Shown in pieces: positions 1-10,300 of a DNA stretch of 64,000 bases. Both the position numbers and the translations under genes were made by a program. This DNA comes from Haplodiscus bocki (taxonomy: Eukaryota), in the NCBI GenBank assembly GCA_965655095.1, contig OZ296648.1, positions 66,216,001-66,280,000 of the forward strand, written 5' to 3'. The notes beneath the pieces were generated by a model that worked only from the letters and a program-made list of their open reading frames with translations, ran no database searches and had not been told where the DNA came from. Numbering within the stretch: position 1 is the first letter of the stretch; each line of letters opens with the position of its first letter.

Positions 1-1
1 T

Positions 2-3000
2 GGAGCGAGCGTGTCATGTCTTAGTGAAAAACTTTTCAATCAAATCAATGAAAATCATCAAGTCAAAATACAGCCAAGTACAACAAGACTCAGCAGCGCA
101 AATCAGATGCCCATTCAAATTAAAGGCACAGTATCCGTACCAATCAAAATAGGTCCCAAAACGTACGAGCATACATTTTACGTCTTAATAGAAGCAGCAT
201 CAGATTGTTTACTGGGACTTGATTTTCTTGAAACAAATAAATGTGATGCACTATTTTCGGAAGGCAAATTGAAAATTGATAGAAATATATTGGTCCCTCT
301 TTACAGAAAACAGTTTTCGTTCGACGAAAAGCAAGTTTATAGAGTCGTGGCATTAGAGAAAGTCTCAATTCCACCACAACATGTTATGATTGTGCCCGGC
401 ACAATTCCTGGTTGGAAAGCGCCACCAGTAGCGAGAGTCGCTTTGTTTGAACCGCACGAGCGCTTCATAGATAATGAAACTCAAATAGCACAGGATGCTT
501 TGTTTAGTTTTGAAAAAGGAATAGTTCCTATCACAGTAGCAAACACAAATGATGAAGTCTTAACAATTTACAAAGATACAACATTGGGATCGTCCCAACT
601 GGTATCAGATCGTCTGATACAAGAAATAAATCAGAAGCAAATGAAAAATTACAATGAAGTGGATCCCAAGTACGACTTGGAGAATGTAAAGAAAGCAATT
701 AGCAAAGAAATAAACAATAACTGCAGGGCAGATTTTAGAAACTTAATAGATGACTATAGTGATATTTTTTCAATCAATCAATGGGACCTCGGAAAATGCG
801 ACGCAACTAGTCATAGAATAGATGTGAAGCCAGGCTCACAACCAATAAAATTACCGAATAGAAGAATGCCAGTGCATTACAAAGATGATTTAAAAGAGAA
901 AATAGATGCCTTCATGAACAAAGAGTTGATTACACCATGTCATAGTCCATATAGTGCACCAGCGATGCTAGTTCCAAAAAAGAATGGAAAACTACGATTA
1001 GTAATAGACTATAGAAAACTGAATGAACAAACAATCAAGTCTTGCTGGCCGATACCGTCAATAGAGGAAATTTTCGATACACTTCAAGGAAGTGCTTATT
1101 TCACAACAATAGATATGTCTTGGGGATTTTATCAGCTACCAATGGAACCCAAAAGCCAAAATTATACAGCGTTTAGTACTCCTTTCGGATCATTTAAATG
1201 GCTACGCATGCCAATGGGATTAACGGGAAGTCCGAACACATTTCAAAGTTTAATGGAACACGTCCTTGTTGGACTCACATGGAACATTACAGTACCTTAC
1301 TTAGATGATTGTATCATCTTTTCAAAAACTCCAGAGGAGCACATTAAAAGACTGCAACAAGTTTTCCAAAGATTTCGTGAGGCGAATCTAAAAATCAATC
1401 CGACAAAATGCGCCTTTTTCCAAACAAAAGTTCAGTTCTTAGGACATGTAATCAGCAAAAATGGATTGGAGGCCGATCCGGAAAAAGTTAAAGCAGTCCA
1501 AAATTTTCCAGTACCACAAAACCAAACAGATGTCAAGTCGTTTTTAGGACTTTGTTCATATTATAGACGGTATATCAAAAACTTTGCTATGATAGCACGA
1601 CCATTGCATAAAGCTAGTAAAATTAAGAGTTCTTTTACTTGGACAGAAGAAACGCAAGAAGCGTTTGAAAATTTAAAGAAACACTTGTCTTCTACACCAA
1701 TCTTAGCCTTTCCGGACGTAAAAGAACCATTCATTTTGTACACTGACGCAAGTCTAACAGCAATGGGAGCAGTATTAGCCCAAGTGCAAGACGGTAAAGA
1801 GCGAGCTATTTGCTACGCATCTAAGGCATTTTCAAAATCTCAAACAAACTATTCTGCGACAAAACGAGAACTTTTAGCAATTGTAACTTTTACTCGACAC
1901 TTTAAACATTATCTGCTCGGGAGGAAATTCAAAATTGTGACTGATCATCGTGCATTGCAGTGGTTGCATAACTTTAAAGATCCAGATGGATTAACAGCAC
2001 GATGGCTCGAAAAGTTAGCGGCATTTGATTATGAAGTGCAACACAGACCAGGCAAAAGTATTGGTCACGCCGACGGACTTTCACGAATCCCCATTGTAAA
2101 TCAAGTTACTAGTTCTCAAAGCAAAGAAAACATAGATAAACCAATAAAAGCAAAATTTTTTGAACTCATTCACAAAACCGGCAATCTTTTTGACTCAAAA
2201 GACTCACTAGCACATTGCATATCATCAGATTTTAAAATGTCCGCGGGAATTGCCCGAAGTTTCAAACGCAAGTTCCCGTACAATTTTCCTGAGAGTACGA
2301 ACTCTCCCCTTTTTGTCCAACAAGTAGACGAACGTTTCATCTACCACCTAGTTACAAAAAAACGCTATTTTCAAAAACCAACGTACGATAGTTTGCGACA
2401 ATCACTAGAAGCAATGACGAAGCACGCAAATAAACATAAAGTCACTGAAATTAGTATGCCAAAAGCCGGTTGTGGACTTGATCGATTAGAATGGTACAAA
2501 GTTGAACGTCTTATCAGAGAAATTTGTGCACAGTCGAACCTCACTATCACAGTCTATGATCAAAATAAAGATGAACAATCACAAAAACAGACAGAAACAC
2601 CAGTTCACTCTGCGTTAGGCCAAGCACAACGACAAGATGAGGCATTGTCTAAACTGATTGAATGGATCCAAAAAGGAAAAGCACCTACATCACAAGAATT
2701 ACAAGGACTTCCTAGGCTTGCATGGCAACTCAGCAATCAACTGAAAAGTTTACAACTCATCGATGGAATTTTGTGCAGGAAATTCGAAACCGCAGATAAC
2801 CAAGTGGTATTGCAACAAATAGTACCACCGTCAATGACACAAGAAATTCTATCAGCATGTCATTCATCACCAACAGCCGGACACTTAGGAGTTGCTAAAA
2901 CCTCAGAGAAAATAAAACAAAGATTCTACTGGCCAGGACTGCAGGAAGACACAAAATTGTTTGTCAGTCGGTGCCCGGAATGTCAAAAACGTTCGGGACC

Positions 3001-4531
3001 ACCCAAGAAATATCATCACGCTTAAGTAGAATGGCAAGCCAGTTATCCATTTCACCACATTGGAATTGACTTTATGGGACCTTTGCCAATGTCAAATGGA
3101 AATAAACACATCTTAGTAATTGGCGATCACTTCACAAAATGGTACGAAGCAATACCATTACCAGATCAAACAGCTGTAACGACTGCAAACGCTTTAGTTG
3201 ATCATTGGATCAGTCGCTTTGGTTGTCCGCACAGCCTTCATAGTGATCAAGGTCGAAACTTCGAATCAAAACTTTTTGAACAATTAATGCAACTTCTTGA
3301 AATGGACAAAACTCGAACAACTCCTTTTCATCCTCAGTCAAACGCAGTAATCGAAAGAATGAATAAAACTTTACAAAACATGTTAGCAAAATGTATTAAT
3401 GAAGAACAAAGCAACTGGTCACAACAACTGCCTTACGTAATGATGGCATATCGATCTTCGGTACATGAATCAACAGGATATACACCGCAGTTCCTAGTTT
3501 TTGGACAAGAGTTGAGTTTACCTTTAGATTGCATGTATCCTAACCCACAAGAAAATGCAACTACTGATATTCATGAGTTTGTGTACAATAAACAACAAGC
3601 ATTCCAACGAGCATTCGAGCTAGTCCGACGCAATTTAAACGAAAAACAAAAACGCCGAAATGCTATCTACAACAAAAAGGTTCACGGTCCGACATACAAA
3701 GAAGGACAAAAAGTTTTACTGTATCATCCAGTCATTGCTGTAGGAACAACTTCTAAGTTCGCAAGTCCTTGGAAAGGACCATACATCATCGAAAAATGTT
3801 TGAACGATGTCACATTCAGAATTAAAGAAGAAAACTCTGCAAAACAACAAATTGTACATTACGATAGATTGAAACCATTTTTCGAACCTGCGCCAACGTC
3901 CAATGTACCTACAAGAAATAAACCAAGAAGTTTTCAGTCAACTCAAAACAGAACAGACGCACGCAAACATATAGATGGAACACTTAACCACGATGATTGT
4001 CTTAGTTTTCTGCCTGCATCTTCTAGTATTTTCACACCAACACCTACCGTAGGACGAACAACTGCATCAACTACACCAAGTAGAATTACGCCACTTATTT
4101 CGCCCGTACCGACAAGACGTGAAGTAACGGGATCACCTCCTGTGTTCTCGCCATCACCAACACGAGAACCACCTAGTCCACACACCAGAAAGGACGTTGC
4201 GATACAACCACCGGTTACTCCTCAAACTGACATACAACCTCTTATACCTGAGAATGTCTTTCTCCACGAAAGTCAATTATCAGTTGACAACGTCACGGAA
4301 ATTGTGGACGCCGCAGCTAGAAGTCTTAGGAGAACACCTCCTGCAAACACGTCTAACATGCAACTACGACCTAACACGTCCTCACAAAGAAAAGCAGAAC
4401 CGCTTTTTACGGCATATCTTCCTGATATAGTTACAAGTTATAACTCGCCAGAGCGAAAACCACAAAAACAGTCAGGAACGAAATTTAGTAAGACTCCAGC
4501 AGGAAAACGCAAAACTCATCATCAAAAATAA
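2..4531 (+). CDS. pol: Gypsy Pol polyprotein (protease, RT, RNase H, TARG1-like macrodomain, integrase), 5'-truncated by the window edge, with one in-frame stop at 3023-3025
   Basis: Frame from nt 2 reads GASVSCL (end of the D-[ST]-G-A protease motif) and later LLGLDFL. RT motifs LVIDYRKLN, MPMGL and YLDD (1298-1309). RNase H motifs LYTDAS, KRELLAIV, VTDH, ADGLSR. IN zinc finger H-x6-H...CPEC, D-D-E core (IGIDFMGP / SDQG / IERMN) and GPY/F motif SPWKGPY. ORFs 11..3025 and 3074..4531 are in the same frame. Confidence 0.95.
2156..2560 (+). other. TARG1/OARD1 (Poa1p-like/DarG-related) macrodomain embedded in Pol
   Basis: GNLF...[25 protein letters not shown]...FIYHLVTKKR...KPTYDSLRQSLEAM...ISMPKAGCGLDRLEW...ITVY aligns by eye along its whole length with human OARD1 as recalled (GDLF...[25 protein letters not shown]...YIYYLITKKR...KPTYENLQKSLEAM...LSMPRIGCGLDRLQW...ITVY). 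Confidence 0.93.
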
Positions 4532-4694
4532 CGACGATCTCCTTTCAGGATCACAACGCTGCTATACATCTCAATCCTGCAACAGAAGCAGCACTCGACA
4601 AGTTTGTACCGGCGAAAACTTCATTCTTAATCGCAGGCGGATCAATCGTACTTTCTTTATTTTTGTTCATACTTAACTTTCCACTCTTTCACAG

Positions 4695-5031
4695 ACAGGC
4701 ACGTGCACTTTGCTGTGCCCCACGTCGTTTCTTCAAGAATAAATCTGGCCAATTTATTCATGTCACGAACGACATTGAACCAGACTCAGACTCTTCATTT
4801 TTAATTTTGACTCGTGAGGAATTCACTGCACTACGTGCTCTTGCTAAAGAAGCCTTACTGAAGACTGAAGCTAACGCACCGTTTGTTTACTCCGCCGAAG
4901 ATGAAAAAAAACTGTACCCGGACGTCACCGCACCAACCAGAACCATTCGTACAACACCTCCCTTGGTTCTGACCACCTTCACTCCAGCTCCGGTACCTCA
5001 CGTCGACACCACACAAACTACATCAGCCTAA
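4695..5031 (+). CDS. Putative spliced accessory ORF/exon downstream of pol, function unknown
   Basis: The 122-codon frame 4663-5031 has no ATG. It is preceded by a pyrimidine-rich tract, branch-like ACTTAAC and CAG acceptors (4692-4694, 4696-4698). Thr/Pro-rich C-terminus. Confidence 0.4.
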
Positions 5032-6042
5032 GTTTCACTCCAAGTAATGTATCATAGTGTCTATTGTACAAAGTTCACCACGTAACATAGGTAAGTATCC
5101 AAAAAGTAAACGCCTCTTCGGAGCCTCTGTGTGGCACTAGCGTGCCCCCCTCTAATCCGTCATTCCGTCCATTTCAGCCTGCATCAATGTTTCATTTGCC
5201 TCCAAGGCGATCACCTGGTCTCTCCCCGAGCCACACGCTGTCCATTTTGTTGCCAACCCTTGGCTTTTGTCCAAAACTTCCTTCAGCCCCATGTGCTCAA
5301 CTTGCTCCTTTGCCCCTGCCGTTGCTCATTGCCATAACCCCCAATTTATAACTGGCCCCACTTCTACATCTCTTTGCAAACCCTGCTCCCAAACGTCATA
5401 TTACTTCACACACATTTGCCCTTCATGTGCTCCACGGAAACCAATTTCCTTTCATGAATTACCCAGATTTACTTTGTTGCGACCCCCGCATTCTCTTGTT
5501 TGCCCAACCTCCGCCTCAATTTTCTAAATTTTTTACTTTTCAACGTAGATACCCCAACCATGAGAAAAACAATTGAGACGATGATACGTAATAAACTTCA
5601 AATTATAGTGACCGGCTCTTATAGCCCTTCAAAAATGTCTTGCTAACCTAATAGTTCTTATTAGTGCTTGGATCTTTTTAACTCAGTTCATCAGCGAACT
5701 CCATTTGTAAGCTCAGCAGCTTCCTATTTGTGAGACGGTTTCCGCGTCTCCCCTTGAATATTTTAGCCTACCTTCTGCATCAATGACAACTTGTGATGGG
5801 TGAACTCACAACGTTCTAGCGGGTCATGTGCTTCACCTCTTCGATGACAGCCAATACCGCATACTCAGGGTCACACTTTTCTCTGGCCCGGCGATCCTAA
5901 AAAGGACAAACCATTCTACAAGTCGCAGTTTTTTTTACGGACCCCTTCACAACTTTTCATGAGCGCTCCTCACATGGTCAATCAGTCAATCTTCTTGAAC
6001 CCGTCAGCGATGTCTCAGTTTAGTTTGTGGGACACAAACTTC

Positions 6043-6053
6043 AAGAAGGAAAG
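6043..6053 (+). promoter_or_regulatory. Polypurine tract (plus-strand primer) of the Gypsy element
   Basis: AAGAAGGAAAG lies 3 nt upstream of the LTR start TATGAC. Confidence 0.7.
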
Positions 6054-6056
6054 CAT

Positions 6057-7384
6057 TATGACAATCAGAAATTGTCAAAAGAAATAACATGAACGTTTTG
6101 ATAAACATGAACACTTTTAACTCGAACAATTTTGAACTACTTTTTCTATTCTAATTTTGGTGCTCACCTCTATTATTCTTAAATTAGATTGCACTTATCA
6201 TACTTCTGATCACGCCAAAATATCACGCCACCTTAGTCTAATAAAAGTGCAGAATTATTATTAAAATGACGATGATTTCTGGTGCTTTAACAATCTCTTG
6301 GAGATGGCTGCTACATCACAGCAACGTCCTGGAAACGTTTTGACAACCAACATTCCAGAACATTCCAAGGACGAACTCCAGAGACTTTTTACGCCATCGA
6401 TTGCACCAGATCGACAAAAATAGCCAAAAATCGTCAAAAGCACCAACAGGCGTGAAAATTCATCACGCCGATCGGGGTATAAAAGCCAGAGCTCCAAAAT
6501 CAACTTTTCAGTGCTCAACTCGGTAATCTGAAAATCAACCTACGACGTTAGACGTCTTGTGAATGAATCTTCAAAACAAATAGCCAATTTCTATCTTCAA
6601 ATTTTCTGACGAATTCGAATCCCGTCTATTCAAAGAACACCCCAGAAGGATCAATTGGCTGTCTAGAAGATTTTGATCGTCCACATAAGTTTCCAATCAT
6701 AATGTCGTGAGTTCTATTAGTTTAATCTTATAATTTCTTTTGTAAAATACAATTTTGTTAAACCGTACCTTAACGAAAAGAAATTCAATCAACTTCATAA
6801 TTTTATTTCTTTCACTTTTACCATAGCAAGCTCTAAACAGATCAAAATTTTTGTAACCCCAAAGTAGTTAAAACTACTTTTTCAACTCAATAGTAGTAGA
6901 GTAATCCCAGACTTACTACTAATAAAACCATTTACGTGACGAGAACCTGAAACACGCATTCGAAAGAAAATTAAAGAAAGATGAAATTTGTTCAGAGCTT
7001 GTTAAAATTTGAGAAGATAGAAAGTCAGAACCACCACCACCATTAATCGAGATTATAAAATTTAGAATTAAGAAACAACTCGTTTGCATAGAGTTGATAG
7101 TATTCCAAACCAAATTCACTCTATACCGTGCGGTGGGCTAAGTGACGGTAAGGTACCAGCGTAGCATATTGACCCGAACCAAGTAGAACCTGGAAGCTCT
7201 GCAGTACGGAAGATTTGCATGGTTGTGAACTGAACGTCTTACGGTTCTGCCAAACACCATAGAGTGGATTATTTAAGACGAATAGTTAAGAAAGAATAAA
7301 ATTCAGCCACCACCATTCAATACAATAAAAGCAAGCCACTCGAGCAGAAAAAGAATATGAAAACACCACACCACACACGTCACA
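6057..7384 (+). repeat. 3' LTR (~1.33 kb) of the macrodomain-bearing Gypsy element
   Basis: Starts TATGAC after the PPT and ends GTCACA (near-inverted termini). Internal TATA-like GGGTATAAAAG near 6475-6485 and AATAAA signals near 7295 and 7324. The partner 5' LTR is not in the window. Confidence 0.7.
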
Positions 7385-10300
7385 AGAACGACAGTTCAGC
7401 GACCAGGTTCAACAAGAGATCATTGGAAGCTTTTCATACGATGAACTGCTTGCAGAATTCAAGAATTATTTCAAAATGGACTATCTTGAACAGGGCAAAG
7501 GAACCCTAAAACAACTAAAAAAATGTGAGATAGACTTTAGTGGCCTAGTCAAAGACAGTCTATTTGTGAGCACAATGTCAGTTACGAATAAAGACACCAA
7601 TGGGCTGAAAATACGGAACGAAACAAAGTAAAACCCATAAAGAGAACAACCCACAGAGTACAGTGTGAATATTGCTAATTTTGCAAAATAATGACTAACT
7701 TAGACCAGAGAATGTCCAAAACTTAAACGACAACGAGAAGTTGACAGCAATGAGGATCGCCCCAACTGTCTTTTGCAACAGGAAAAAAACTTCACTTTGA
7801 AAAAACTGCGACGGCTCTAGTGCCAAAAACCAGCCCATATCAAAAGGACTCCGAAAAGAAAGTCGAGCAAAACAAACCAATAAAGACAAAATTAACAAAA
7901 ACAAACCCTTAGCTCCGAAAAACCCAAAACAAATCACCGACGCATCCAGTTTCACACAAAAATAAAAGCACACCAATACATTATCTGAGGTCAACTAACC
8001 TAATCATAACATCGAAATAAAACAATGAAAAACTGTGACATCAACTGACTGGCAGCAAACGATGGAAATTGCCAGTAAACACTTATATTAATTTTTACAC
8101 GCTGGTCAAGACGGTATCTTGATTCGTCGCTTGAACGAGCTTGAACGAGCTACATGAGTTGCTGAGCTTAAGCGATCTTTTCCAACGCTACAATATTGCT
8201 CTTTTCCAATCTACTAACATAGAAACAGATTTCTGTGTTGAAAACCTACAGGAACACAACGTTGAAGAACTACATTTATTCCAAGAACTCACACATGCAC
8301 TCACTGAAACTTGGAACGTCGACTGTAACTACCATTTCCAGATTTCTAAGCCAATCAGTTGGCGAACCGTTGTTACATGAAGCAACCCGGACCGTCAATG
8401 AAAAGAACCACTTCTTTCACTCATGGCAACAGTTTGAAAATGATCAAGCCACCCAAAGGCCCTATCTACCACTGTCAACTAACTTCGTTCGAGAAAACAA
8501 ACGCCCCATGTCTTACTTCCTAATTGACTTTTAAGTTTCGACCTCTGATGACTTAACTGGCACAGAAGCTTCAACAACTTTTATCTCCGAACAGGATCTC
8601 AAAAAGGTCAAACTTATCTGCAATCACTCCATAAAAAGAAAGGCACGTTTTCTACATTCAAGAACATATTAGCAAACGGACAACTAGAGAGTCCCATTGC
8701 AGCAGTGAATAAACAGCTTGAAGTCTCTGACTTGCGATTTCGAGGAAGATTCATGATAATCGAAACGTACAAGAACCATAAAATGGGAATTGCTTTATAC
8801 AACAATAGATCCCAACTCTTTATGCTCAGAAAAATATTCTAACTTTTGCTCACATTACAATGCAGCTGATGTCCCATAACAAGACCACACACTGTAACAA
8901 CACTCTTATTGAAGAAAACAATCTAAATAACTTACTTTGGACAAACTTTGGCAAAAACGGCAAAAAACGACTCATTTCAGCGACCACAATGCGACAGGCA
9001 TAATGCTCCTTCTGGAACTTACAATTAAAAAACAATCTTCAAGACATCAGAGAAGGTCAAGGTCAAAAAAATAGCCATAGCATTAGAGCTCCTCTGTTTC
9101 ACAGACTTACCCTAAACAGTTTGTAATGATGTACACAAAGCAAACTTCACCATAGTTTCGCCAAAAGAAACCAAGCACATGAAACGGATAAAACCGTCAA
9201 AGCTCGAATGCTTGCTTTATCAGAAACACAAAAACGCTGGAAAGTACATACTTTAACAGCTAAAAGTTAAATACAACAGAAACGAGACTGAAAAGTAGTG
9301 GTTCCCAGCACCAGAGAATCGGATAACTTGCAACATCCCACAACGAGCTCAAAATATTATAAGGAGCTCAAAATATTGCCAAAAAAACAAAACACCAATC
9401 CAGAAGCAGACCTGGTGTCAATACAAAAATTCTTGGCCAAAAATCACTGGACAGACTTGAATTTATTGCCATTTGACGACCCTAGTGAGACATACAGATA
9501 AAACATGCAAAATGCATGCATGCATGCATCCAAATAAGTTATAAAACATGGAAAATTCAGACATTTAGCATACATGTATTTTGAATGTTTACGCTGCAGC
9601 AGCGAAAGTTTGTTCAAGATGTCAAGGTAAAATAGAAAACGTAACAGCTCTCGCACCTCTAATCACTCAATCGCTACCGCTTCAGACTAGCTCATATTTG
9701 CTATTTACCTGACGCTCTGACCGTTAATCTATTATTTGCTTACAAGTGACTCGGCGTGGGTAATCATAAACTTAATCTGTGTTATTTAATTTGTAATGAG
9801 CGGCCAAATTGTAAGTTCATCTATCACTTGTAAAATTAATTAAGCTGCATCTAAAAACTTGCAAAACTTTATTTATTTTTCGTCTGCCAAATTTTGAAAG
9901 CAAACTACAAAACCCCGCCTAATTTTACGAAATTCTTTGAAGAAACTTGAAAGACATCACAGCAGCAGACAAAATTTAGGCATGGAAAATTTTATATGAA
10001 TCATCCAAAATCCTTCAAAAAGTGTTCGGTAACATATAAAATCTTATAAAACTTTGCTGTTTTTCAACCAGGGGAAGCTATCACTGAAGATAACCTCGTT
10101 AAATACAACGAACACTTCACTGGACCTCATTTTGATAGAAGAACAAACGATGACTTCCCAAGCAGACTAACTCTAAAGGACGAACAGTCAGCGAAATGCC
10201 GAAGATAAAAAACACCCACCCCACGACATTGAAAGAAACCTAGCAAAAATTGTTCTATCTGAGCAATTTTCTAACTGCAAAAATTACTACATTTACTTTT

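Larger units (their letters stand above)
1..7384 (+). mobile_element. Ty3/Gypsy LTR retrotransposon, 3' part (5' LTR and gag lie upstream of the window)
   Basis: Long pol ORF in Gypsy order PR-RT-RH-IN, followed by a 1.5 kb 3' region, a purine tract at 6043-6053 and an LTR-like segment ending in GTCACA at 7384. Confidence 0.93.

Noticed and set aside
144-4430. Short antisense or alternate-frame ORFs over pol (144-377, 1561-1743, 3943-4185, 4197-4430) and most 60-100 aa ORFs elsewhere
   Set aside because: They are shadow ORFs expected by chance, with non-ATG starts and no motifs.
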